Shown here: positions 1 to 9,690 of the stretch, in pieces
Numbering within the stretch: position 1 is the stretch's first letter
How the letters are laid out: every line of letters begins with the position of its first letter
DNA from: Candidatus Obscuribacterales bacterium
Lineage (GTDB): Bacteria > Cyanobacteriota > Vampirovibrionia > Obscuribacterales > Obscuribacteraceae
Direction: 5' to 3'
NCBI GenBank assembly: GCA_965228855.1
Contig: CBDDIJ010000002.1
Span: 384,001-448,000 of the forward strand
Length of the DNA stretch: 64,000 nucleotides
Position numbers and translations under genes: made by a program
The notes under the pieces: model-generated
Databases searched by the model: none
What the model saw: only the letters and a program-made list of their open reading frames with translations
Told to the model about the DNA's origin: nothing

Positions 1-18
1 GCACTTCTGGCGCAGTCC

Positions 19-1341
19 ATGCTCGCAGAAGGTCTGGTTGAAGAACAAACCGCGCTGGAAACATTGAAGATTGCCAATCGCGAAAGAATGGCTTTTGGTC
101 AAGCTTTAGAGATGGTAAACAGCGTCAGCTATAAATCACCTGTCGCAGCGGACCTCGAAGAGTTGCTGGTTTCCTCCGGAATGGTTCAACAGCCAGTCGT
201 CGACGAAGCCAAAAGACAAAGTCTGGAAACCGGTCTCAGCCTTGGAAGCAGCCTGATGGCGACCCGCGCGATCGTCTTCGCACACCTCGACTATGCATTC
301 GAGTGCATCACGCTCATCGGTCAAGGTCGCATCACCAAACAAATCGCGGTGAGAGCACTTGCCGACGTCAAACGCGAAAATCTCGACCTCGGCCAAGCAC
401 TCCAGAGACAGCGCGTTTCGCCGAAGAGCACTCTATCGCAGTTGAAACTCGGCGACCTTCTCACCGCCGGTAGTATCATAACCGAAAAAGACAATTTGAA
501 CGCGATCGAGCAAGCACTGTCTGAAAAGCGCTTGATTGGCGACATTCTCGTAAGATCCGGCTTGGTCTCAAGCGAACATCTACAGAATGCTCTCGACATG
601 CAAAACCTGGTCCTCAAAGGTGTCGTGTCCAGGGACGAGGCAGCTTTCGTCCTCCGCCAAGTTGTCAGCGAAAACAAAGCTCTCACGAATGTTTTGAGAG
701 ACCGGAAGTCGCTCCAGGATGATCCGTCAACAGCAGGTTTCGCACTCGATCTTTTGATTCAGGCGAAACTTGTCGAAGTGCAAGCCGTTCCGCAGGCAAT
801 GGCTGCTCAAGGGCGTTTCGAAATGGATGCGCTTAAAAGTCTGGTCGCGTCAAATCTCGTAGCAGGCAACGTCTGCAGAGCAGCGATTGAGAACGCCAAA
901 CGCGTCACCATCGGCGAATTGACGCAGCAAGAAGCAGTCGCTGTTTTACATCACTGTGACCGCACCCGCTGCGAAGTCGAGCAAGCGACCAGAGAACTTG
1001 GTCTCAGTGCCGCAGAGAAAGCGAAGAAAGCACAGGAAGCAACCCAAGAATCGCCAATTCAACTTCCATCGTGGAAAAAATCAGCCGAGTGCATCCTGGC
1101 TATCGTAGCCGTTGTAGCCGGAATCGCAGGCGGTGTGGCGACATTCCTTATCCATCCGAGTTCAGTAGCCGGTTATCTTATCTGCGCCGTGGTTCTGGCT
1201 GTAGGAGTCACTTTCCTGGCTCTGGGCAAATTCTGGGAAGGTCGCGTTCAAGAGAAAAAACGCGAAATCAAACGTCAGGAAGAATCAGCCAAACAGCAAG
1301 TCAACAGGCTTGTGAAGATCAGAGCGAAAGAAACTTACTAA
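19..1341 (+). CDS. Membrane-anchored protein with repeated MshEN/GspE-N-like motifs (probably 5'-truncated by the window edge)
   Basis: Repeated motifs such as KLGDLLTAGSII, RLIGDILVRSGLVSSEHLQNALDMQ and LEELLVSSGMV resemble the MshEN pattern RLGxxLxxxGxxxxxxLxxxLxxQ; two hydrophobic helices near the C-terminus; the frame is open from base 1. Confidence 0.6.
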   Translation: MLAEGLVEEQTALETLKIANRERMAFGQALEMVNSVSYKSPVAADLEELLVSSGMVQQPVVDEAKRQSLETGLSLGSSLMATRAIVFAHLDYAFECITLIGQGRITKQIAVRALADVKRENLDLGQALQRQRVSPKSTLSQLKLGDLLTAGSIITEKDNLNAIEQALSEKRLIGDILVRSGLVSSEHLQNALDMQNLVLKGVVSRDEAAFVLRQVVSENKALTNVLRDRKSLQDDPSTAGFALDLLIQAKLVEVQAVPQAMAAQGRFEMDALKSLVASNLVAGNVCRAAIENAKRVTIGELTQQEAVAVLHHCDRTRCEVEQATRELGLSAAEKAKKAQEATQESPIQLPSWKKSAECILAIVAVVAGIAGGVATFLIHPSSVAGYLICAVVLAVGVTFLALGKFWEGRVQEKKREIKRQEESAKQQVNRLVKIRAKETY

Positions 1342-1455
1342 ATTCACTTTTGCAAAAACAGTTTTTCTCCAGGTAAGGGATAAAGCGAGACGGGCGCCGA
1401 CAAGGCGCCTTCTCTCTCCTAATTTCCTACTACATCCCGGAGTATCTTGGAATTA

Positions 1456-1721
1456 CTACTATAGTAGACAGTCTAAATTTCCTACCAGAAGAATCCCGAG
1501 ACGCAGCAATAGCAGCCCTTTCAAGATTTAAAACATATCCCACGTCAATTCAAATTCTATTTTGTCGCTGTCAGATAGCCGGATTTTCAGGAAAGCGTCA
1601 TACTGGGATAGACACGGCTCGTCCAGAAAAAGGGAACAGATGTCGAAGATGCGCTGCTGCCCCACCACATCGCAACTTCAGCATTTCGGACTTTTATAGT
1701 AGACACGGTTGCTTATAGTAG
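1456..1721. repeat. Composite palindromic element, locus 1 (54-bp core 1562-1615; arms CTACTATA 1456, TATAGTAG ending 1702 and 1721)
   Basis: TTGTCGCTGTCAGATAGCCGGATTTTCAGGAAAGCGTCATACTGGGATAGACAC aligns with the other 11 cores. Confidence 0.8.
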
Positions 1722-1735
1722 AGAAAGTTGGGAGA

Positions 1736-1763
1736 CGAGAGCCCCAACTTAATGGGGCTCTCG
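1736..1763 (-). terminator. Stem-loop downstream of the SPFH pair
   Basis: CGAGAGCCCCA-acttaa-TGGGGCTCTCG perfect 11-bp stem; weak U-tract. Confidence 0.6.
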
Positions 1764-1817
1764 AAACTCCGCTTCTGATGAACGTTTCCGTTCCGTTCAA
1801 TCAGTCGCGAACTGGGC

Positions 1818-2693
1818 TCACTTCCCCTTGCGCGGGTCGAGATTGATGAACGGGATCTCGCCTTCGCTCATGTACTCGGGGACTTCGCCATCCCACTTCT
1901 CCGCCCGGCGCAGCTCGAGGAGGCCGGCGGCATCCTTGAGCGCCTCGCCCTTCAGCTGGATAGCCGTCGCGCGCGCCTTGGAGAGAAGTTCGGTTTCGTA
2001 CGCGCGGGCATCGGCGATCTTCTTCTTCACGTCACCGGACGCGCGAGCGATCGTAGCCTTCTGGAGAGCTTCGCTCTCGGCCTGCTGCGCACGCTGCTCG
2101 GCCTCGACCTTCGAGTCGATGGAGTCGTTGAACTCCTTCGAGAAATCGAAGTCGGTGATCGCCACCATGTTGATGACGATGGCGCCGGCGAGACCCTTTT
2201 CAGCCAGGGCACCTTCGATCGCCTTGGTGAGCTCCTGAACGACGCGGTCCTTGACCTCGGGTCGCTTCTGGATGAGCTCCTCGGCGAGGTAGCCGCCGGT
2301 GACCTGCTTCAGCGCCTGCTGCACGTTGTTGTCGAAGTACGCGGCATTGATGGCGGCGACACCACCCACGGTGGCATACACGCGCGGCCACATATCGTCC
2401 TTGATCGAGTAGGCGACGGTGATCTCCGTCGGCGCCGACTGACCCTTCACGGTCGCGGCAGCAGCCTTGATGTGGTGGACGAGCTGCGTGGTCGGCAGCT
2501 GCACGACGCTCTTCAGGGGGCTGATGATCATGGGACCATCGCCGCTCTTGACCGGGGTGGGCTCGACCGAGCCGAACTGCGTGACGACGCCGACGTAGCC
2601 CGGGTTGACCCAGGTGACAGTCCGCGCAAGGAAACCGAGGCCGATGACCGCGGCGACGCCCACACCGATGAGGGCAATCTTCTTGGTGTTCAT
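1818..2693 (-). CDS. SPFH/prohibitin (band 7) family membrane protein
   Basis: N-terminal TM helix, VNPGYVGVVTQFG, ITDFDFSKEFNDSIDSKVEAEQ coiled coil, EKWDGEVP; GAAGGA RBS. Confidence 0.9.
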   Translation of the reverse strand: MNTKKIALIGVGVAAVIGLGFLARTVTWVNPGYVGVVTQFGSVEPTPVKSGDGPMIISPLKSVVQLPTTQLVHHIKAAAATVKGQSAPTEITVAYSIKDDMWPRVYATVGGVAAINAAYFDNNVQQALKQVTGGYLAEELIQKRPEVKDRVVQELTKAIEGALAEKGLAGAIVINMVAITDFDFSKEFNDSIDSKVEAEQRAQQAESEALQKATIARASGDVKKKIADARAYETELLSKARATAIQLKGEALKDAAGLLELRRAEKWDGEVPEYMSEGEIPFINLDPRKGK

Positions 2694-2716
2694 GTCCGTA
2701 ATTCCTTCTCGCTCGA

Positions 2717-3613
2717 TTACTTCGACGGGGTCAGCATGGGAACAGGCATCGTGCCGGAATACTTCGGCAGCTTGCCCTTCCAGCGGCTGATCGCGGTGAG
2801 TTCGACCAGGTCGGGATTCTCGCGCAGAGCGGCAGCCTCGCGCTTGATGGCGTCGGCTTCCTTCTTGGCCAGCTCGACGGTCGAGTAGGCTTCGGCTTCC
2901 GCGCTGGCGCGAATGCTCTGAGCCTCACCCTCAGCCTCGGCGACCATCTTGGCGCCCTCGTTGCGAGCACGCTCAGCGTCCTGGCCGGCCTTCACCTTCG
3001 CCTCGATGGCAGCGGCGAACTTCGGCGTGAAGTCGAGGTTGTCCAGGGTGGCGCGGCCGATCTGGATCGAGCCCGGAGCGCCCTTGGACGTCATCGAAGC
3101 GGCGACGTGCGCGCGAATTGTGGACTCGATTTCATCGCGAACGGTTTCGCGCCTCTTCACGAGGTCGGTGGCCGAGAAGTTGGCCGTCACAGCCTTGACC
3201 GATTCCTGGATGGCAGGATCGAGAATGGCAGCCTCGAAGTTTTCGATCGTGCCATATTCGCGGTAGAAAACCGGCGCCTGGGTGTCGATCAGGTTGTACG
3301 GGACGGTGACCACGGTCGTGACCTTCTGCAGGTCATGCGAGCCGGAATTGGCGGTCGCCTTCTTGGGATTGACGAACGTCTGCAGCAGGTCGACCCGCGA
3401 GAGCGGATTGACGATGTTGAACCCGGGGGCCAGCGGCTGCGGATTCATCACGCCGAACAGCGACGTCGCACCCACGTAGCCACGCGGCACGATCTGCACC
3501 GAGTTCCAGCCGGCGATCACCAGAGGGATCGCGATGAGCGCGTACTTGATCAGGCTCAGGGGGTTGAACGGAGCGGCTCCATCCGAACGCCCGTTGAGGA
3601 AGGGAATCTTCAT
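2717..3613 (-). CDS. SPFH/prohibitin (band 7) family membrane protein, paralog
   Basis: VPRGYVGATSLFG, SHDLQKV, NLDFTPKFAAAIEAKVKAGQ, RWKGKLP; start moved to the ATG at 3613 behind an AAGGA RBS. Confidence 0.9.
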   Translation of the reverse strand: MKIPFLNGRSDGAAPFNPLSLIKYALIAIPLVIAGWNSVQIVPRGYVGATSLFGVMNPQPLAPGFNIVNPLSRVDLLQTFVNPKKATANSGSHDLQKVTTVVTVPYNLIDTQAPVFYREYGTIENFEAAILDPAIQESVKAVTANFSATDLVKRRETVRDEIESTIRAHVAASMTSKGAPGSIQIGRATLDNLDFTPKFAAAIEAKVKAGQDAERARNEGAKMVAEAEGEAQSIRASAEAEAYSTVELAKKEADAIKREAAALRENPDLVELTAISRWKGKLPKYSGTMPVPMLTPSK

Positions 3614-3984
3614 CACATCATCCTTGAAGTTGGTTGCGTTGATGCCTGCTCGATTACATTCATTCCAACCCGAAACCGTTCGCGATTCCCTCCACGCAAG
3701 CCGATCTGAGCTCGCGTAAAGGAAATTCGGCTGTCGCAAAGGGGAATTCGGGGTGCGGAAACTTATGCAAATGAGAAACAAGGCATGCCCGTATGTTATG
3801 AAAGTCGCTCTTGGCTAGTTTGCAAAATCGTATTAACTCGGACGGTTTACCCTCCTTTACATCCTTCAAACAGCCCCGCCCCTCGAAACCATTAAGCGAT
3901 TCAAATCCGGCACATGAACCACCTCTCAGCTCGCTAAGCTCACGCAAACAGAGCCTTCCTCCAATATGACTTCTTAGAACCTTT

Positions 3985-4274
3985 CTACTATACATTTTCG
4001 TATCACCAAAATACTGCAAACGACTGCTGCGATGGTCTTTCGAGAATTACGCAGCAAGCAGAACGGGCTTCAAGAACCCGTTTGGCAACGACAGATAGAC
4101 GGAATTTCAAGAAAGCGTCATTCCAGGATAGACAAGAAGCGACTAGACTTGGGTCACATCCCCCGGAAGCTAGACGGGCGCACGAACATGACCCTATCTT
4201 CTATAGTAGCACTTCGGACCATCTACCCCGGAAGCTGGACGGGCGCACGAACATGACCCTATCTTCTATAGTAG
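3985..4274. repeat. Composite palindromic element, locus 2 (core 4082-4135; arms 3985, and ending 4209 and 4274)
   Basis: TTGGCAACGACAGATAGACGGAATTTCAAGAAAGCGTCATTCCAGGATAGACAA; the right arm is duplicated. Confidence 0.85.
4161..4274. repeat. Direct repeat, two 49-bp copies (4161-4209, 4226-4274)
   Basis: CCCCGGAAGCT(A/G)GACGGGCGCACGAACATGACCCTATCTTCTATAGTAG, one mismatch. Confidence 0.95.
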
Positions 4275-4289
4275 TCACTCGTGGGAGAC

Positions 4290-4314
4290 GCGGGGCGGTG
4301 AGGCACCACCCCGC
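4290..4314 (-). terminator. Stem-loop downstream of 4323..5348
   Basis: GCGGGGCGGTG-agg-CACCACCCCGC. Confidence 0.5.
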
Positions 4315-4322
4315 TTTGGAAA

Positions 4323-5348
4323 CTATCGCCTCGATTCGAACTCGCGCTTGTCGTCTTCCGTGAGGAGACGGAACGCGGGATCGCTGAGGAAGCGCACCGG
4401 CATGATCGGGTCGAGTAGACCGGTTCCAAGCCCGAGCAGCCCCGTTCCGTAATCGTTGGTCTTGATGCCGAGCCGATGATAGAACTCGAGACAGACGCCG
4501 ACGCAGGTCCAGTGGTCGGTGTGGCGCTGACCCGCGAAGAGACCGACCCAGTCGTAGCCGGTGACACGGAACTTCGCGCGCAGTTTCTCCTTCCAGGAGG
4601 TCGGCAGCGGCAAGCGGTTGATAAACCGATCACGCCCAGCCTGCGCCTGACAGCGCCAGGCCTCGTTCTGCGCGAGAAGAACCTTGACCAGGTGCGGAAT
4701 CATCGCCTTCTGGTCGTCCGTCAGCGTTGCATTGAGCCGAAGCACAATGTAGTGCCCCTTGCTCGCCAGGCTGCCGGCGACGCGCGACGCTTCCTGCAGC
4801 ACCGTGCCCTTCTCCATGTAAGAGCTGAGCAGGTAAACAGTTCCGTCCGGCATCCTCACCGCCACTTCGCCATGCCCGACAGTCTCGCGCAGGCGATTGG
4901 CCATGTTGCCGGAGGTGAGAATGAGCTCAAGGTTTCCGGTGAGCGCCTCGACGGGCGGGTTGACCCATGCGCCTTTCGGCAACGGACCATGCCCCTGCAC
5001 CCTGTACTTCTGCCGGTTGCGACGGTAGAGAACATAGATGGTGAGCCAGGCCGCGAGTTCCACACCCGCGACGATCTGGAGCTCAAAAACACCCTGCCAG
5101 AGCGCAAGTCCCGACATGACCACGCCGAGCGTGATCGGAATCGTCATTTTTAGACGGGAGAAGACATCGAAATACGTGCGAAACAGATGACCGAGTTCGG
5201 AAGCGGTCAACGCAATCCAGAACGCGCTCACCAGAACACAACTCAGGCTGAAGCCCCAGGAAAGATTGCCGTGGAACCACTCCCAGGTCAGCCAGATCAA
5301 AGCCAGGTACGCGAACGACGTCGCGACCTTTTTGAGCCGATAGAGCAT
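4323..5348 (-). CDS. Four-TM membrane protein with a C-terminal permuted NlpC/P60 (YiiX/YebB-like) domain
   Basis: Hydrophobic N-terminus; His (VGHGEVAV) precedes GYDW and HWTCVGVCLEFY, the permuted papain-like order. Confidence 0.55.
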   Translation of the reverse strand: MLYRLKKVATSFAYLALIWLTWEWFHGNLSWGFSLSCVLVSAFWIALTASELGHLFRTYFDVFSRLKMTIPITLGVVMSGLALWQGVFELQIVAGVELAAWLTIYVLYRRNRQKYRVQGHGPLPKGAWVNPPVEALTGNLELILTSGNMANRLRETVGHGEVAVRMPDGTVYLLSSYMEKGTVLQEASRVAGSLASKGHYIVLRLNATLTDDQKAMIPHLVKVLLAQNEAWRCQAQAGRDRFINRLPLPTSWKEKLRAKFRVTGYDWVGLFAGQRHTDHWTCVGVCLEFYHRLGIKTNDYGTGLLGLGTGLLDPIMPVRFLSDPAFRLLTEDDKREFESRR

Positions 5349-5834
5349 ACGATTATCCCTTCAGGTGAGAGATTTGAGCCGTTATGAACGAAACCACAGC
5401 TACTTGCGATTGCGCCCAACGACTGGAGTCAAACTCGACACGAACTTCTCCGCCTGCCTGGAAACAGAATCGAAGCGACGAAGTTAGTGAGGAGGAGTTC
5501 TTTGAAAAGTTCAGGTAACGGTGGCTAAAAGAACAGTGATAACGCACGTTATGAATTCAAGAGACCTAGAGTCAATCGAAACTAGTTTAATTGCTGTCAA
5601 GAGTTCGATCGCGTTGCTCGACCGGCACACAGACTAGTCTCAAGATCAAAACAACAAACCTTCAGACAAAAACCGCAAACGCCCGCCAGCAATGCGTCCT
5701 CGAATCAGCACCCACAATTTCCCGAGATGATAGCTGCGCTAGCGAAAGCCAAACGTTGAACCGATTTAAGCGAAACCGCGCTCTCTTCCTGCCGAGATCG
5801 GGTAAGTTATCCAGAGGAATCCTCGAATGCCGGA

Positions 5835-6494
5835 GTGGAAAAAATGCGCGCACCATTACTACTTGCCGTCGCAGCAGCGATACTACCCCTGGTATCAGCT
5901 TGCCAGAAGCCGCCAGAGAAAATCGTCGTAAAACTCGAGCCAACGACAAAAGCGGATTACGGCTTTTCAATCGACATGCCCGTCCCATACGTCGAAAGAG
6001 ACATTTCCTGCGGAAAGTGTCTCTACTACAACACACCACTTGGAACGTACAAAGTCGTAGTGAATATGTTCACGATGGCGATGTCCAATTCCTCGACCGC
6101 TCAAGCGCGAATGAATCGAGACCGAATGCAACTTCAGTCTCTTCAAGCACATGCGGGTACTTACGTTGACGCACTAAGTTCGCGTGGTTCCAAGACTATT
6201 TTGTTGAACTACAAACATCAGGGGTTCGAAGACAAAGGCAGCACAAACATCATCCCAAGTCCTGATGGACACCGGCGCTTGCGCACGAAGTGGGCAGACA
6301 ACGAAATTATTCTGAACGACTCGAATCCTGTCGGCGAGTACATAATCCGAGGCTACGTCGGAGAAAACGCCATCTACACAACATCCGTAGAAGGACGACC
6401 GGAATTCGTCAACACGCCGGAAGCCACACAGTTCCTGGATTCCTTCAAGATCGTCGGCTCATCGGCCCTGCCGCCAGGCAAAGCCGCGCCGTAA
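5835..6494 (+). CDS. Hypothetical lipoprotein
   Basis: Signal peptide ending in lipobox LVSAC; the start may be ATG 5844. Confidence 0.65.
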   Translation: MEKMRAPLLLAVAAAILPLVSACQKPPEKIVVKLEPTTKADYGFSIDMPVPYVERDISCGKCLYYNTPLGTYKVVVNMFTMAMSNSSTAQARMNRDRMQLQSLQAHAGTYVDALSSRGSKTILLNYKHQGFEDKGSTNIIPSPDGHRRLRTKWADNEIILNDSNPVGEYIIRGYVGENAIYTTSVEGRPEFVNTPEATQFLDSFKIVGSSALPPGKAAP

Positions 6495-6509
6495 GGCGAC
6501 AAATCCTGT

Positions 6510-6745
6510 CTACTATAAGACAAAGTATCCACAAAGTCCGAAAGGCCTTGTTCTACAATGCTTCCCGCTCTGCGACGTCCAATTACTGCGTCACTTGTCT
6601 ATCTGGCTATGACGGATTTGCCGAAATCCGTCGCTCTCCCGTAGCCAAGCAAGCAGGTTTCGCGCACACTCCGACGACGCACTCGCTGGAAACCCATCTC
6701 TCCCAGACCTTTCGAGGATCGCTATATACCCACTCTTTATAGTAG
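6510..6745. repeat. Composite palindromic element, locus 3 (core 6595-6648)
   Basis: TGTCTACTATAA (6507) ... TTATAGTAGACA (6748) 12-bp inverted repeat around TTGTCTATCTGGCTATGACGGATTTGCCGAAATCCGTCGCTCTCCCGTAGCCAA. Confidence 0.9.
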
Positions 6746-6756
6746 ACAATCCGGAG

Positions 6757-8109
6757 CTAGAAGCGGGTCACTTCGGTGAAATTGAAATCAGCAACTTTCA
6801 TCGCCGGCACCACCTGGGGAACACCCTCTTCACCAGCCGTTCGCCGAGGTTTACCGGATGAAACGATGTTGTTCAGCAATTCGATCAAGCTGACGTTGAA
6901 TCGCAAGTTCTTGATTCCGCGCGTGACTTCGCCGTTCTCCACAAGGAAAGTGCCATCGCGTGTCATACCAGTCACGATTTTGCGCGCCGGATCAACCTGA
7001 CGAACATACCAGACCCGTGTGAGGAGAATGCCTTTCTCAGTGCTTTTTACAAGATCATCGACACTTTTGCCTTCGCCAGCGATCACGAGATTCATAGGAT
7101 TATCGCCGAGCGAATTCGGCTCCGGAAGACCGTGTCCGGTAGGCGCAACACCCATGCGGTTAGCACTTCGGCGACCGTAAACCAGATTTCTCAAGACACC
7201 TTCTTCTACAATTTTGACTTTTTTGCGCGCCAGACCCTCGCCGTCAAACGGGCATCCAGCCTGCTGCGGATGGTAGACGTCATCCTCGATGGTGACATTG
7301 CTGCCGAACACTTTATCGCCCACTCGATCGAGCAAAGAAGAGCGTTTATCAAGATGGCTCGTTCCCGTAAAGTCCCACCAGAGGTACGAAAGCAGGTCGA
7401 GAAACGCGGAATGTTCCAAAATCACAGTGTAGCGCCCGGGCGTTATTCCTTCCGGACTGCTCGACGCCTTCGCCTTAAAAGCAGCTCTGCGAGCCAACTC
7501 CAGCGTATCGACCATCTGAAGGTTCGGACCTTGCGCTTTCGCCCAACCCGTCGAATCTTGCCCGCACATCGTCACAGAGCACTCTACATGCGTCTCACGG
7601 TGATAGCTGAATAAACCCTTTGAATTGCCCAGCGCCTCAAAAGCAGTTCCACTGGCATAAACACCTGCAGCTGACAGCTGACTCTCGCTGGCAACCGCAA
7701 TCATGCGCGAAATCGCAGCGGCTCGATCGGCGGCGGTGACGCTCAACACATTCGCCTCATACCGGTCCGGGTAAGAATGCCACTCTCCATCGTTGTCGGA
7801 AACAGTCAACGGAAGCAGACACTGATCCTTTTCCATCAGCTTTACAGCGCTAATAGCACCATCCACAACAGCGCATACGCCGGTCGTCGACAAATCATCT
7901 GTTTCCAATCGAATCTGGCGACCGTTGGACAGCACTCGCACAGCCAGCTTATCAATGGTATTCGCTTGATGCTGCGTCATCTCATTGTTAGCGAAGCGGG
8001 ACGTTTCGACGTCGGTGCCCAGCAAATGTACTTCGATTCCCTCGACGCTCTTACCAGCGTGGTGAATCGCAAGGTCGACAATCTTACGGGCTGATTGCTC
8101 AGTTAACAT
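6757..8109 (-). CDS. tldE: TldE/PmbA family protein
   Basis: SRFANNEMTQ, PFDGEG, VTGMTRDGTFLVENGEV; paired with tldD. Confidence 0.85.
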   Translation of the reverse strand: MLTEQSARKIVDLAIHHAGKSVEGIEVHLLGTDVETSRFANNEMTQHQANTIDKLAVRVLSNGRQIRLETDDLSTTGVCAVVDGAISAVKLMEKDQCLLPLTVSDNDGEWHSYPDRYEANVLSVTAADRAAAISRMIAVASESQLSAAGVYASGTAFEALGNSKGLFSYHRETHVECSVTMCGQDSTGWAKAQGPNLQMVDTLELARRAAFKAKASSSPEGITPGRYTVILEHSAFLDLLSYLWWDFTGTSHLDKRSSLLDRVGDKVFGSNVTIEDDVYHPQQAGCPFDGEGLARKKVKIVEEGVLRNLVYGRRSANRMGVAPTGHGLPEPNSLGDNPMNLVIAGEGKSVDDLVKSTEKGILLTRVWYVRQVDPARKIVTGMTRDGTFLVENGEVTRGIKNLRFNVSLIELLNNIVSSGKPRRTAGEEGVPQVVPAMKVADFNFTEVTRF

Positions 8110-8118
8110 TCCCTTCTC

Positions 8119-9567
8119 CTAAGTCAAATTTGCGATGCCGACCTGAACATTACGGAAGCGAGCCGGGCTCGCACCATGTCCGGTCCACATCGTCTGACAG
8201 GGCTGCCCTTTTCCACAATTAGGCTCACCCCACTCCACATACTCATCGGCACCACATATAGCATCACATAAATTCCAGAACTCAGGCGTAATGCCGCTGT
8301 AGCTCGGGTTCTTAAACATCCGACCGCGCTTGCCGTTTTTAATCTCCCAGGCAATTTCAGTAGAGAATTGGAAGTTGTAACGCATTTGATCGATTGACCA
8401 GGACTGGTTCGTCTCCATCAAAATGCCATCTTCCGTGTCTGAAATCAGATCTTCCAGTGAGCCGGCATTGCCTGGAACAATCGAAATATTCGTCATCCGA
8501 ATAATCGGAGCGTGGCTCCAGGACTGCGCCCTCATGGCACCGCCCGATCGCTCCAGCCCCACCATATGCGCTGTATCACGCGAACTCAGATAGCCCTGAA
8601 ACATACCATCCTTGACGAGAAAAACCTTTTGCGCCGCCACACCCTCATCGTCGAAACCAAAGGAGCCAAGCGCTCCTTGAGCGGTCGCGTCCGCAACCAG
8701 GTTTACTATTGGAGAACCATATTTCAGCTCATTCAGTTTCTCAGGCGTGAGAAAAGATGCACCGGCGAAATTGATTTCCTGACCTAGCGCGCGGTCGAGT
8801 TCGCTCGGATGCCCGCATGACTCGTGGATTTGCAAGCCGAGCTGCGACGCACCGAGTATCAAGTCCTTCTTGCCGGACGGACATTGTGGTGAGGAAAGAA
8901 GCGCCACCGCTTCTTCTGCGACGCGCTGCGCGTTTCCGGGCAGATCCCAATCCAGCACCATCTCCCAACCGGACAACTCGAATTGCCCGACATGCTTGGG
9001 ATAGCTGCGACGCTGCCGCTCATCGGCACTGGTGGCAAACGCTTCGATGCAGCAACCGGAACGCACAAATGTTTGTTCCAGGCGGGTTCCCAGCGTACTG
9101 CCGAATCTCTTTCTCTCACGCACAAAGGACAACCGTCCCTGCGCAAGTGCTACACCCTTGACGGCAAGCATGGTTTTCGCTGATGAAAACAGGACCTCGA
9201 GCTTATCCTCAGTGCTCACCGAAAACGGATCGATAAGGTGAGGCGAGGCCCAAACTGCGTTATACACCGGTTCATCCGCCATCGTCACCGGCTTCTTCAT
9301 GCACGACGAGCTGGCGGCGGCAATATCCACTGCGCGTTTTGCCGCTTTATCGATCTCCGTTTTGGTAATTTTCTGCGTAGCCGCAAAGCCCCAGCCGCCG
9401 TCCTTCAACACCCGGATGCCCATTCCGCGACTGACACCTTTGTTGAAACCGGAAACGAGAAGGTCCTTGGTTTGAATGTACTCGTACTGCTCTTCGATCA
9501 GCCTGACGTCTGCATAGTCTGCGCCTGCCTTCTGTGCCGAGTCGAGGGCGTATTGAACTAATGGCAT
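8119..9567 (-). CDS. tldD: TldD family metalloprotease
   Basis: HESCGHPSELDR zinc motif, FDDEGV, IIRMTN, CGKGQP. Confidence 0.92.
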   Translation of the reverse strand: MPLVQYALDSAQKAGADYADVRLIEEQYEYIQTKDLLVSGFNKGVSRGMGIRVLKDGGWGFAATQKITKTEIDKAAKRAVDIAAASSSCMKKPVTMADEPVYNAVWASPHLIDPFSVSTEDKLEVLFSSAKTMLAVKGVALAQGRLSFVRERKRFGSTLGTRLEQTFVRSGCCIEAFATSADERQRRSYPKHVGQFELSGWEMVLDWDLPGNAQRVAEEAVALLSSPQCPSGKKDLILGASQLGLQIHESCGHPSELDRALGQEINFAGASFLTPEKLNELKYGSPIVNLVADATAQGALGSFGFDDEGVAAQKVFLVKDGMFQGYLSSRDTAHMVGLERSGGAMRAQSWSHAPIIRMTNISIVPGNAGSLEDLISDTEDGILMETNQSWSIDQMRYNFQFSTEIAWEIKNGKRGRMFKNPSYSGITPEFWNLCDAICGADEYVEWGEPNCGKGQPCQTMWTGHGASPARFRNVQVGIANLT

Positions 9568-9690
9568 ATCTCTCACTTGAATTGGGCTGTGCCGCGCGCA
9601 ACTTCGTGCTCGAAGCCAAGACCATCCAACAGGACGGCGCACGCGACCCTATTAGACCACGCCAAAAAAACAGGCCCATCTGCCACAAGG

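Noticed and set aside
4161..4274. CRISPR array (also considered at 20719-20960, 41758-42082 and 56192-56309)
   Set aside because: Only two copies each, unit lengths of 49-166 bp, no series of unique equal-length spacers, and no cas1/cas2.
6510..6745. Simple MITE with terminal inverted repeats
   Set aside because: Interiors between arm and core are not alignable between loci and I saw no consistent target-site duplications. It cannot be fully excluded for an old family.
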